The notes beneath the pieces are model-generated. The model saw only the letters and a program-made list of their open reading frames with translations. It had not been told where the DNA came from and made no database searches. Shown piece by piece: positions 1 through 13,242 of a DNA stretch of 45,395 nt. The position numbers and the translations under genes are program-made. The stretch is from Kudoa neothunni (Eukaryota; Animalia; Cnidaria), in the NCBI GenBank assembly GCA_964304625.1, contig OZ199838.1, positions 17,099,322 through 17,144,716 of the forward strand. The letters are read 5' to 3'. How positions within the stretch are numbered: the stretch's first letter is position 1; every line of letters begins with the position of its first letter.

Positions 1-648
1 ATTAATGATCTAATGTTGGTTAGTTACTTCATCATGGTTTGTTATTTGCGTTTGATGGACGAAGGCAACACAAATCATATAAATGCAGGGGAGAAATTTT
101 TATTATGTTGGACGAATAATTTTGATGATTTATTCTTCATAACCTTAAATTTATTAGTGGATGTTGTTGAGAATTTAACCTCCCCTGTGCCAACTTCCGG
201 AACAAAACGCGTGTGCCTTACTGGGATAATTCTTGACCTCAGATGAAATATGTTTTATGCTTATTCAATTTGTCTCAATATTATATATTATAAACAATAC
301 ACCTAGTTTAACAATTCCGTAGCAAATATACTGCGGATTTCTGTTTCTGGAGTTATTTACATGAATTTATTTGTCAGCAACATTATTGGTATAATGTTAT
401 ACTAAAACAACATAGGTAAATTTTACACTCCTTAAAAAATCAATAATGTTGATTTTCATCATCAAATAGAACGAAAAATTAGTATGAATTTATATTTAAG
501 CAATAAACTCCAGATACATTCGTTAGTGTGTAGACATTTTCTCGGTAATGTAATAAAATTTAGGATTAGTGTTACTATAAAGTGAATCAATATTCTATGA
601 TACGAAATGGCATATAATATTTCATTATGAAATTTATCTTAAGACAGA

Positions 649-850
649 TGCAATGAGTGGTTGCGGACGGGGTTAAACCCTATGAGCCATAGTTTAAAAA
701 GCGGTGGCGCCATACCGCTGTGTCGTTGATCGCGCATTAGTTGACATTGGTTACAACTCTAATACCAATAATTAAATTGTTGTTAGGAATCATATTAAAA
801 TCCAGGAAATACAAAAAATTTATAAGTAATATTGTTATCCCCCCAGGCGA
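649..850 (-). mobile_element. Diverged LTR/PPT fragment related to the tRNA-LTR TRIM at 33539-34051
   Basis: Shares blocks with the TRIM LTR in the same order: ggtggcgccataccgc vs gatggtgccataccgc, ttacaactctaata vs ttacaacccttata, and tgttatccccccaggcg vs tgttacattccccgggcg (LTR-PPT junction). Confidence 0.55.
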
Positions 851-3579
851 AAGCGAAAACAAATGGAATAATTAATCGGATTAATTATCGTTTATCTATT
901 GTGGATTATATTAAAAAATAAATATCGTTTTTCACGGTTCGCGGTGTTGTTTGGATCAAAAATTTTGATTTTGATGAGAGAAAATCATAATTGTAATAAA
1001 TATATGAGGTTTAGAAAATAGTACAACAAATATGAAATGAAATTTGAAAACTGTGTCTTATTTTATGCATAAATCCTTAGCCGATAAATTATAAACTATA
1101 TTCACACATAGAAACGCACCTAATACAGGAACTTGATAATTTTCAAAGTAAATAACTAAAAATACATAAATGTAGAGACAAAATAGTAAATTTGGGTCCG
1201 TTTTCGACCAGTTAACATCGTTTAATATTTTTATACGCCTAATATTAATATTGTAGTTATAAAATATTTCGTCATCTATATGTTGAACAATTTGTTCTGA
1301 AACGGTCGTTGGAGTCCAAAAATGAAAAAAAATATTTTTGATTTTCCATTAATTTCATGCTTATTAAAAAATTACATTTGGATTAATCAACAATATGAGA
1401 TTCTTTATTTTATGTAAAAAGGTAAAAATTATAAAATATAAATTTGAATTAAATAATCGTAAAATAGATTAATGCATCCTCTGAATTAAGTGAAAAATTT
1501 GTTCGCAATATTTAAATTCCGCTAACCTTAATGTTATATAAGTTATAATCTCGAAGTTTCTACTTAAAATTATCGTAAACGTTTTCACAATAAGAGTATC
1601 AAAATGTCAACTTTACCGATTTTTAAATCTTGAGATATGAAAGAAATTATTACAGCCACTAATTTGTCTATAAATTTTAATATTTTATTTATAAACAAAT
1701 ATTAAAATCGTATCATTCCCTATTTTTTAAGGATTATTAAGTTCAAACCCTTAATCTAAGTTTTTTTATTAAATTCTAACGTAAAATAAAAATGTAAAAT
1801 TTTCTGTTATTGAAAACTTAGAGATGTTAAATATGTTTAAATCAATCAGTCTTTAAAGTACTATATTCTTTCGTAGTAATTAGCTATTATTTCAAAATAT
1901 ATTGTATAAAAACTTCAATATATACAATAAAAAGTCATATTTCATTATTTTAGTTTATAATCTCAAAGAAATAAAATATTTCTAGGGATTATTCACAGAC
2001 ATTGGTTGCATAATCATACATTCCAATTCATGTTTGGAGATTGAAAATAAAAGTATTTAATTATTTTAATTATCTCGATTGAATATGGATTATATTTTTA
2101 TATATTATATTAAAGAATTTTAGATATGTGTTAAATTCATAGTTTTATTCTAAAATATAATAATATTTTGAAAAATTTTACATTAATTTTTATCGTTTGA
2201 GACTGATTTTGACCTCAGTAATTAATCAATTACTATAGAATCGATTTTTAAAAGAGTACATCAAAAATTGATATATAATAAAACATTATCGTATAATTAT
2301 GCACATACACGCATGTGCGTATCAAACATAATTTTGATTCTTATCCTCTTCCATTGAAATTGTTATGAAAATTTTTAGAATATCTAAATAAAGAATTTAT
2401 ACTGAATAGGGATTAAATTTGTTCATAAAAAATATAAAGTATTTTTACAGTAAAAATCATAATCAAATATTGTGCTTAGTTTTAAATCTCACGAGAATAT
2501 AATTTATCAATTCTGAATCAATTTCCTTGTAATATTATTTTTAAGGTGAGCATATTATAAAAATATATTTTTTACCACTTTTGTTTCATTTTCACTACGT
2601 TTGGATCTATATTATCAATGCGCTGTTATAAATTAAAAATAATAATAAGTTCATAAGATAACGAATGAGGAGAATAATATCAATTAATTACTGGAAAATT
2701 ATTAAAAATTAACAAGTTGAATTTTAAGTACTATTTTATACATATTATATTTCAATATGAATAAATTACAGTCACTATTTAAATGAAAAACACAAATAAA
2801 TATATGATATAGGATAAAAATATAAACTAACCACACAAAACATCCAAGAAGATTTAGACTGATTTAAAATAACCATAAGAGAATTATTAATATATTTAAG
2901 AGACTAGAAATTTACAAAATTACTATAAAAGCATTGTTAATTTTAATTCAAACGTATCCATTCCCGCCATAAATTATAATATAAAAATAATATCAATGTT
3001 GAGTAAACACGAATATTTACCAAAACAAAATACGAAATGTATTATCACCTCATTATATTAGGCGCATACGCACCAAACTTCAATTATTGTTGTTTATATT
3101 TTTTTCTATTAATACGATAAAAAGGGACATTTGCCATAAATTTGTGGTTATATAAAATTATTATTGTTTTTAACTCGTTTTTATTAGATTAATATGTTGA
3201 GCGATATTTTTATTCAAAGTACTCATATTTAAATTTTTAGCTAAAAACAAAATTGGCGAGTTATATATACTTAATATTTAATAGTAGCTCTTTATTTAAT
3301 ATTATAAACTACTAAACGTAGTTATCCATTTAAATACGCTAATTCTTTTAAAAGAGTTAAATTATTTATTAAGGATTATATTGTCATTTATCTTGTTTAA
3401 TGTATTCATGTGGAAAAGGTATAATAAAAGAACATTCTAAAGTTAATTATTAGCGTTTAAAATTTTTCTGTAAAAAATCAGATTTATCAAATGCTCAATA
3501 TAAAAGTAGATCTTATAATAAACGATTTTTATTAAAAATTGGATTCATGTTTTTGTAAAATCGAAAATTGGGGACTCAT

Positions 3580-5837
3580 TTATTTCTTTGTTAAGACCAA
3601 GAAACCGATAGCACATACCAATAATGCTATTAAAACTCCACCAACAATCAACCTAAATTATCATTAGAACCGAATGACACCAGAAAATATTACATAATCT
3701 TCGATCCGCCGACATTAGCGCTAGATCAAAATTAAAAATTGATTAAATAATTAAAGAGATAACCATATTACCTATTTGAAGTTCCTAAAAAGAATTATAA
3801 TACATAATTTGTTAATATAATTTACCTTGTTTAGCAGTTTCTTGTGATGTTGGGTCGTCATTCTCCATATTCGTTCCACTCCAAAGACTCACTACGATCG
3901 GCTCACTACTGTACCTTGCCTGTACCCTCATTGAGCCTTGTTTGTAGGAAGCTGCATTGTAAAAAGTTATTTCTTGGTTGCATTTTCCCTCCCATCCAGT
4001 TGTTTTATCAAATAATCCATAGGTGTATTTGATCGCCCCATTTACTATTTCAGCAAAGGTAAAATCACATATTTGGTCTGGATCCATTTCGGCCACGGTA
4101 GTTGTCACAATCAAATCGGTATTATTCCATGTATGGGTAACATTAATCTTTTGAAGCGTGTCAGCTTAATAAATGTTATTGAGGAATCCTATTTCACATT
4201 ACTTGTTGATACTGCCACAATGTTTGTTTCAAGGTCACTAATGTATTTGCCAAATAAATATTTGAACTCGTATTTGGCATCGGGTAAAAGATTTTTAATG
4301 GTAAGTGGTTGTCCACATAAACCCGAACAATCAGCTGATTCTTCACATTCCGAAGGACTAAAAGCAATTGCACCCTCCATTTTTTGTTGAATTTTGCAGT
4401 ATACTCCATCAAAAAGAGCTTCGTTTGGTGCTACAGTCATCATTACGTGCTCATAGTATGTTTTAATCTCAGGCTTTTGTGTAATATTGTAGTCAGCTTT
4501 ATATAAATAATTTTATATAAATAATTTTTTATTTTTTACCTGTCTTAAAAAGCTTCTCTGCGCTGTAAGATATAGTGTCATCATTTTTACTGTAAGTAAC
4601 TTTAACAATGTATTTTGTGTTTGGTTCGAGGCCATGAATAGTGGCATCAGTACAATCAGTAGGGCATGCTGTTTCCAGATTAGCACTGCATTTGACGTCA
4701 ATGGTGACCTTAGGGAATACCTGCTTTCTCAACTCAATAGAACACTTTGCGGTTTCCAAATCTGCTTCTTTAAGATTTGCAATAGAAAGGGCCGCATTAG
4801 TTTCTTTGGCAATTACAGTAAGATTACTTTTTCCAACTATTTAATATTTAACTTACAATTATTGCTTAAAATTAATTACTTCTTAAAGTTTTCTCTGCTC
4901 CTACATGGTTTCTAGTGGAAACTCTAACTTTAAAATCTTTATGCGTGGTGTCAGTAAATGTTATCTCCATTTCTGCTTTAGTGCAGAGTTGATAACAACC
5001 GGGGTTGGTGCCGGTGACGGAACAGTCTGATTTATAACTATCTTCAGATTTTTCTTTAATTTCAAATTTGCATATTTCATCCATCATATCTTCATCAAAA
5101 ATAATGTCTATTTTGTTGGCATCTTTTCTAACAATGTGATAAGAAAGTTGTTCTAATGGACTGAATTCCATCATCTTGTTATTTTTTCTTTTCACGTGTA
5201 TTTTCGGTTGGTTGACTCCGCAGGAGAGTTCGATCGAGTCGCCGGCTGAGTCGAAGAAACCAGTAAGGTGATTTTCCTCATTGCATTCGGTGTTGGAAGT
5301 TGGTGTAAACTGATCGAGAACTTTATCTTCGCTGGTTAGTCTGCAAGTTTGAGGATGACTGCAGACATTTTTCGTTGTGAATTTGATGGCGGTTGCATTT
5401 ATTGTAAAATAAGTTTCAGGAGTTTGATCAGTAACTATTCAAAAAATTATTCATAATCTTCAATCATTTAGTACTATGAACTATTTTAAGAGTTTCAGTT
5501 GCATATTTTGATTTTATTTGTAGATAATAGGAAGGAAAAGCAGCTCCAGTAGAAATGGTGTATTTTCCCGCACAAGAGACGTCTTGAAGTGTTTCGCTTT
5601 CAGATTCACCGTTAATATAGTGATAGAAAAATTCATTTTTTTCCAGCAATTTAATGTCACATTTAATTCCAGATACTCCTTCAAGTTGTAAATGGATTTT
5701 ATCTTCTAACATGGCTTGATCTCGTTCAACGTAGTATTTATGTGAATGGACTAAAAAATCTAATAACAAAAACTCAATAACCCTCAAATTATACTATTAT
5801 AGCAGAGAGAAAAAATCAACAATGTAATGACCAACAT
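3580..5837 (-). CDS. Intact 9-exon gene: 641-aa cell-surface protein with signal peptide, Cys-containing Fn3/Ig-like modules and a C-terminal hydrophobic anchor
   Basis: Exons 5837-5795, 5759-5475, 5434-4880, 4836-4540, 4496-4203, 4164-3826, 3784-3772, 3720-3694 and 3652-3580 join in frame (1926 nt) through GT-AG introns of 35-51 nt. N-terminus MLVITLLIFSLCYN; Fn3 signatures IHGLEPNTKYIVKV and IKNLLPDAKYEFKY; C-terminus MLIVGGVLIALLVCAIGFLVLTKK*. Confidence 0.88.
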
Positions 5838-6460
5838 TTTTGGTTCTTAATTATAACAGCTTTATAATTTTTAATAAGAATTATACAAACGAATATGACT
5901 TCAGGCGACAATAGGAACGAAGAAAATAAATTAAGGACGAACTCTGCATGTGAATAGCAGTTTAACAATAGAATTGATGGCTAATAAAAAATATTTACAC
6001 CCGAAACTAAATCCTTATGTCTCTTATTGATAAACTCATTTGAAATAAACATGTTTAAGACAAACTACTGCATTTAAAAGTCAAACTAAATTTTTTTATA
6101 AAGCTTCATAATAGAACCCTTCAAAGTTAACTAATAGGCAGACCAAATGGATATACTCATTAATTTTTTGTAAAATTTAAAATGCATGCTATCTTAGATT
6201 TATAAAATTTATTTTTACAAAAAATGGTTAATTGTAAAGAAGTGTTCATAATTTTTCGTTTATATGTAATTATACCAATTTTACAATCAATACAGTTTAA
6301 TTTCGTAAAAATTTGTATATGTAAAGAAATAAAAATTATCATAAATATATTGAAAAATTAAACAACATAATATGTTATTATGTTAAAATAAGGAAACAAT
6401 ACACAAGAATTAATATGAGATATCAATTTTAACTATCGAAGTAAAAGTTTGTTTACTATT

Positions 6461-7850
6461 TTATTCACATTGAACAGTAAGATATTCCAAAATTAATAAT
6501 GTTATAATAACTATTTTTGGGTGCTCGTAGTGATAGCAGTTGCTTCGGTTGTTGAAGCTGTAACAGCTGCCTGGTCTGCGATAAAGAGTTTCAATTCAAC
6601 TGGCTCTCCATCATATCTACGTTGTACAATCCCTGTGGCTGATTTATACTCAGGAACATCGAAAATGATGATTTTTGAATTGCATAGCTTATTCCAACCG
6701 TTTGTTCGGTGGTGTACAGCAAGCAGCTTTGTTTCCTTTTCCTTAGTTTTTTCCACAAATATGACAGTCACAAATTCCATCGGTTCTACCTTTTTAAATA
6801 GACTCTAAAATTTATATGAATTTTAAATTTACATTTCATTAATACCTGTTCTAACATTTTTCGTTAGAGCGTCAGTTTCCAGATAGAATCTCTGTGGAAC
6901 TGCTTTGAAAGTGTATTCCGTATCCGGTTGCAGCCTATTGACAGTAAATTCCGAAGTGCACAAGCCATAGCAATTGTAGGATTCTTCACATACCGATCGA
7001 ATAAAATTAGTTGTATCTTTCAATGTTTGCATTATCATACATTCTGCTTTATAGTCTTTCTGATCTATTTTTTGTGGAATAATCACAACATTATGAGGGT
7101 GTGTTGTAATATCATCAATTTTAGCTATTTTTTATAATTAATTATTAAAGTTTATAAGATAAATATTTATACCTGTTTTAAAAATTTTATTTATATGTAT
7201 CACATAAGTATCGGCTGCATCACTCGAAGCTTTGTGTTGTACACTAACCATATATTTGGTATCAGCCTCAAGATTTAATAATTTTATATCGTTTTCACAT
7301 GAAGCAAAAACTGGATGCAATTTTAATCCCGCACGATTTGGGTCCACTTTTACGTAGTTCTCTTGTACAAACAATTCCATCATGCATACGGCATTTGCCG
7401 CGTGAAGCGTAGAGATTCCCAATGTAGCCTCATACTTAAGGATAATTGTTATTGGGAAATCTTTTTTATCAGCTAATGAAATAAGATAAAATAGTATAAA
7501 TAATAGTTAAATACTTGACATTAACATTTTCTCGGATTCTACACCCCTAGTGGATATTTTAACATCGAATTCTTTGTCATTGTCTTTATTATAATTTGTT
7601 TCCATTTTGACATACTTAATAACACGTATTTTCACCATTTCCACATTTAGATGTCAATGTTTCACCATTTTTAGCGATTTCAAATTTGCAAATTGTGTCG
7701 GGAATAGGCTCATCAAATATGATATCTATTTTTGTTCCAGACTCCTTAGCTATAATTTTCACAGGATATCGCTCAATATGTATTTTTATTTGCTTTGAAT
7801 TTTTTTTATAATGTTACTTGTTGTTTGTTATGCACAATTAAGAATTTTAA
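6461..7850 (-). pseudogene. Tandem paralog of the Fn3-like surface protein gene, 5'-truncated pseudogene
   Basis: Introns at equivalent positions (7514-7473, 7172-7125, 6845-6805). Homologous peptides: KIDIIFDE..ICKFEI, LEADTKYMV, RLQPDTEYTF, GWNKLCN..YDGEPV. In-frame stop (CY*VC vs CYQLC) and frameshifts; no recognisable 5' exons before the transposon cluster. Confidence 0.8.
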
Positions 7851-8376
7851 ATATTTAATAATATGAAAGACTTGTTGTATAAAACCTGGTAATTTCCCGG
7901 ATAACACAAAATTAAAAAATAATTTCACCCAAATAAAGATGACAAGACCCCAAAAAATGTTTATCAGTAAAATTATTATTTGTTGGTTTGAATGCTCATT
8001 ATTAAGTAAGTTTTAATAATTTTATTTTTTCTATTAAAAACATAAAACATGTTTATCATCATGATAATCCCATTAAATAGAATGGAATTTTTAAAATAAA
8101 AAATTATAAGTTATTATTCATGTATATAATCTGTTAAAATTAATTATAACCAGTATTTTCATAATATATAAAAAATGGATGTTCGCCATTATTCATTGGT
8201 TGGGCGCCCAAAAATTACACCACGTGTCAAGACTCGCGAATAATTAATTTAGATGTTTACATCAAAAATATATAAACCTGTTTAAAATTTTTATGTTACG
8301 TGCGAGTATTAAAAATTTAACCTCAATTTTTGTATATTTGTAATACATGATGTTATGTAGGTTTTATGATAATTAT

Positions 8377-9769
8377 GATGGCGTCTATTTGCACCAGGGT
8401 TGCCAGAAGATTTGCGAAAAAAGTACCAACTGTTAATCTTCGCAAAAAAGAGATTAAGTAGAAAAAAAACGTAGTTAATTAAAATGTTTTTTAATCCATC
8501 TAAAATGAAATTGTTTCATTACAGTTATCTTCAGAATCACTTGTCTCTATGAACGCTGTTATTAAATCGTCAGGCGGATTCCATTTTGTACAATCTGTAT
8601 TATAAAATAAACTTTTCGAATAAATTAAGCTGTTTAATGTTTCGGTCTTCAATAATGATCTATTTTTCATTTTGATTATGTCCAATTGGGAAAATATTCT
8701 TTCGGCACAAGCAGAAAAATGAGGTAATGAAAGCAAACTCATCATTAATTTTGAAATTAATGGATATTTAGGAACATCGCCAATTCTTTTTTCTAATACA
8801 TCGTACCAAAATTTTTCGGGATCACTTATCGAAAAGAGATTTGAATCTTAGAAAGTTAGTCGTCTCCATTCAATATCCACATTGATGTAGTCTTCATCCG
8901 ATATAAGATCGGGGAATCTTGCTGCATGAGGTATGATAGACTCGGGCTTACCTTCATTTACGTCACTTGGATACATTTCCTCAAGAAGTTTAACTTCTTT
9001 TTCATATCATTTAAATATTTCCAGGTGTCAGTGATAGCGTTAATTTTAAAAAATATAATTTATTAATAATTCCCCTGATTAGAAATCTATAAACATAACA
9101 TTTGAAGAAATTTTTGTAGTGACAATTAAATTTGATAACGCTTTCGAGCCAGATATTTTTTCGTTAAAAAATACATTTTAAAACCCTCAAGTACAAAACT
9201 TGTAAGCAGAAAAATTAATTTTGTGAAGTAAACGAGCTAATTGTTCGCGTATATAGTTAAATATACATTGGGATTACATGGAAATGATTTGACCATGAAA
9301 TCAAAGAACATTCCATTTAAAACAATAAATAGGTAACATTCTTGTGGTCAGAAACTCATTTTACAAATAAGTGAAGAAAAAAATATGCTTAAGTTTATAA
9401 AATTGTATTAAACGATAATGATTTGAAATTTAATTGTAGGTTTTCTTTTCTTTATGAGACAAAACATTAAAGGGATAGATTGGACGTTTAAAATAACATC
9501 GAATTCAACATCAAGACATATTTTGCATATTTTGCATATTTTGCATATCATCGTATAATCTTATATCTATATGTTAAAATAACAATAGATAAACGTGAAA
9601 AGTATAAATTTTTAATTAAGCCATTAATGCTACTTTGCATTCATAACTAATACCTAACCGGACATCGAATATCGTTGAGAGGATTAAAAATCTTGTATCG
9701 AAGGTAAAAAAGTACCATTTTGGTACGAACGTACCAATTCTGGCAACCCTGGTGCAAATAGACACTATC
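8377..9769 (-). mobile_element. Internally deleted hAT element with 31-bp TIRs and a 9-bp TSD
   Basis: TIR gat(g/a)g(c/t)gtctatttgcaccagggttgccaga at both ends; TSD gataattat at 8368-8376 and 9770-9778; subterminal aaaaaagtacca near both ends. Confidence 0.85.
8500..9000 (-). pseudogene. hAT transposase C-terminal dimerisation-domain fragment
   Basis: KYPLISKLMMSLLSLPHFSACAERIFSQLDIIKMKNRSLL matches the hAT C-terminal motif (LP.SSA..ERIFS). Confidence 0.8.
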
Positions 9770-10226
9770 GATAATTATTGGATAATGAACTGCCAGCATA
9801 AGAAAGTAGAAAAAAATTTAGGATATTTGTAACCGGTCTACATTGGTTTTAATATTAAATGATTTCAGTTTTATTTTAAGGCAGTGATACTACTTATACG
9901 ACGTATGAATTCACATGATCGCGCAATTTTAAAATCGTAGTTATGGAGCAAACAAGTCAATGCAATAACGAAAAAATTTGCTTTGAGATAGGAAAGAAGT
10001 TTCCCACATTTGATTCACTACGCGATACAATTATGCTTATGAACAGAATAAATGTTGTAATCTTAAAATATACAACTCGAGATCTATAGAAAATGCACAG
10101 AAACGAATGAATAGATACCTTAACCCTTTAACGGTTTATTATGAAATAAAATACGTTTTCTCTGCGAAGCAACATGAAAATCGCGGAATTGGAAAAATTA
10201 CTTTTGCTAATAATTATTATTTTTAT

Positions 10227-13200
10227 GGCAGTGGCTATGGCCATGGCTATAGGTCAGGCAACGAATATCTCGAAAACTATTGCAAATTTTCCCCCCAAAA
10301 TTTGAACATTATTTTAATATTGTCTAGCTTAATTTTTGGTAACTTTTTGGAAAATTGTAAAAATGTTTATTTTTTTGATCATATGGTGGTTATACATCAC
10401 CAGTATTTCATTATTGGCATATATTTGATTTTTAAAAATCTAAATCAGTTCAAATACATAGAATACATGAAAAATTTTAGTGAAAGTAAAATTTTTAGGT
10501 CTAAATGTTGGCGCATTATTTTGAGCATCCAGCTATACAATATGGCGTCAAGTATGTTCACAGTCGGTATGCGTTATGCTTCTTTTGAAGATCTTCACAT
10601 TGCCATCGCAGAATACGAAAAGTTGTCGTTTTGTAATCTATACAAATACCAAGCAAGAACTATCTCAAATATTCGTAGTAGAATTACAAGACAGATCAAT
10701 GAATCACTCCGCTATTACGAGGTCACATACTGTTGTATTTTCAGTGGGAAGAAAAAAACGAGGGCTCGAAATAAATCAATGTTAAAAGGAGATTGCCCTG
10801 TCAAAATAACATTAAGAACTTCAAATGACGGAGCTTTCCTTGAAATACGTTCCTGCATGTTAGAGCACAATCATCAATTAGATCAGATGATATATAGAAA
10901 CCTTCCTAAGCAAAGGAAAATTAATCTAAACGATCAACACCTTATTGAATTAGTTAACCTCAAGGCGAATAAAAAATTGATTCAATCAAAATTACAGACG
11001 GAAACTGGGAAAAATATTCGTCTAAAATCTATTCACAACATTAAAATAAATAAGAATTCGTTTCCTGGCAACTTAGAAATAATTGAAAAAACTTTAAGTG
11101 TAGATAATAAATGTCACGTTAGAATTTTACATAATGAGCGTAACGTCGTCAGTGGAATATTTTTCGCTGATAATAAAATGAAGTCATTTTTGGAATTGTA
11201 TCCTGAAGTGATGTTTGTTGATGCCACATATAAACTGCTTGATTCGAGGTATTAAATTTTTTTTAAATGACCACACAAACTTTATTTTACTAACTTTAGA
11301 GCTCCTCTGTATTTATCGGCAGGAGAGGATTCTTTCGGGTTGACTCATATAACAAGCGTATGCATACTATTTGAAGAGACTGAAAATTCCATACAATGTT
11401 TTTGCAATAACATAATAGAAATGGTTCCTACTTTGCGTGATAAAGTATGTACACTTGTCACTGACAAAGACGAAAAGTTGAGAAAGTGTCTAAAAAAAAA
11501 GTTTCCCATCGTCTTCTTGCATTCTCTGTAAATTTCACGTCCTACAAATTTTTCGACGACAAATCACCACAACCAAGTTGGCCGTATCTACTAAAAAATG
11601 TCAAGATATTCTAAGGTGTTTGCAAAAAATGATATATTATAAAGATTATGATGAGTATAAAAAGTACGTTAATGAAATCCAAGAGTTTAATAATACTAAG
11701 CTGAGCGAATATTTCAAAGTAAATTGGGATGGGATTTACAAAGATTGGATAATTGGGCTCAGCAATGCAACCAACTTTTATGGAAACGAAACTAACAATC
11801 GTATTGAATCAATTAATACAAAAATAAAAGTGTTGTACATAAATTCAGTTCCTTGACAAACTTTGTTGATAAATTTTTCAAAATCTTGAGGACCTTTCGC
11901 ATGGAAAGGGAAGGAGAGGCAATAAGCCAGTTGTGCTATGGCTCAAACAAAACTTTTAATGACGAATATATGTCACAGTATGAGAAACTCTTGACCAAGT
12001 ATGCATTCAATTTACTTCAAAAGCAGGTTGCACTATTAAGCACCGAAGATTTGTTGTTAAACTCAACTCAAACTACTAATGCAACTACGTGCTCATGTGT
12101 ATTTTACCGATCTTTCTCACTGCCTTGCAGTCATATTCTATCTTCAAGATTATTGAATAATTTACCTCTTTTCTCTGAAATATTGTGCAATGAGAGGTGG
12201 ACAAAAACGTATGGAATGAAATTCTTAGGAACTGGAACTATGATCGAAAGGAACAACGAAATTACTCCGACCATTGTTGATAAGAAGAGCCAACCCAAAA
12301 TAAAAAGTTTTGGACAGAAGTTGAGATACGCAACAACCTTTACAACCAAGTTGGCTAACACCGCGTCTGAATTTTGTGGAGATTTTTATGAAGTCTATAA
12401 GATGTAAAGTCTCTTAGAAAACATTTTAAGAAATCATGATGTCACTGTAGTCGATGATTTCCTAAATACATGTGATTTTTTTTGAAAAATAAAATTTTAT
12501 ATTTTGCTATAGTTAGAGAAGTACCTGAATTTCAAGAATACGTATGAAATTATTAATTTAATTTTCATATATTAAATTTAGAATTCATCGATAGATTCGT
12601 CAGAAATAACAATCATTAAAAAACCTAAACTTAGCACAGATGATGATACTCATCCTCAAATAGAGCCTATTAGTAATATCAATCAATCAATCAATCAATC
12701 AAAACTCGCAGAAGAATCTAAACTGAAAGGTTAAAATGTAACAAAACGTATTTTTATATTTTTGTAGAGCTGAAAATTCCATCGAAAATAAAATCCGTTA
12801 GTCGACCACGAGGAAGTCGCCTAACAAAAATTGGAATCCTTATGAAAAAAAAATAATGACGTAATTCATTTAAATCATAAACTATATAGATACTTAATGG
12901 TGTCATTTATTTTTTTTCATACAAAACGTTTCATTTTATGATCCCTAACGCTGAATAAGTAAATTAATCCTCAAAATTCATTTATCTAAAATTTTACTCT
13001 TTTTAAAAAATAAAATATTAATAATTGATTATAAACTGTATTTAATCAAATTCAACTTCAAAAAAGAATGTTTAATTGGTAATGGTCGTATGGATGATAT
13101 GATCAAAAAAATAAACATTTTTACAATTTTCCAAAAAGTTACCAAAAATTAAGCTAGACAATATTAAAATAATGTTCAAATTTTGGGGGAAAAATATGCA

Positions 13201-13242
13201 ATAGTTTTCGAGATATTCGTTGCCTGACCTATAGCCACTTCC
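10227..13242 (+). mobile_element. Inner MULE/Mutator element with ~155-bp TIRs
   Basis: The left end gg(c)agtggctat..aggtcaggcaacgaatatctcg (to ~10385) is nearly identical to the reverse complement of ~13097-13242. Flanks tatttttat/ttattttat form a ~9-bp TSD with T slippage. Confidence 0.9.
10542..12856 (+). pseudogene. MULE transposase (FAR1/ZSWIM-like, SWIM zinc finger), spliced and frameshifted
   Basis: FVDATYK, VTDKD, CKFH, TNNRIES and SWIM motif CSCVFYRSFSLPCSH; N-terminal C..C..HNH domain. An intron near 11249-11299 restores DSRAPLYL; several frameshifts remain. Confidence 0.88.

Noticed and set aside
3844-7798. Plus-strand ORFs overlapping the surface-protein genes
   Set aside because: Antisense shadows of the minus-strand exons with no independent coding features.
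10107-11255. 382-aa ORF as a single gene
   Set aside because: Its first 145 codons come from the outer MULE remnant, the inner TIR and leader; the inner transposase starts at ATG 10542.
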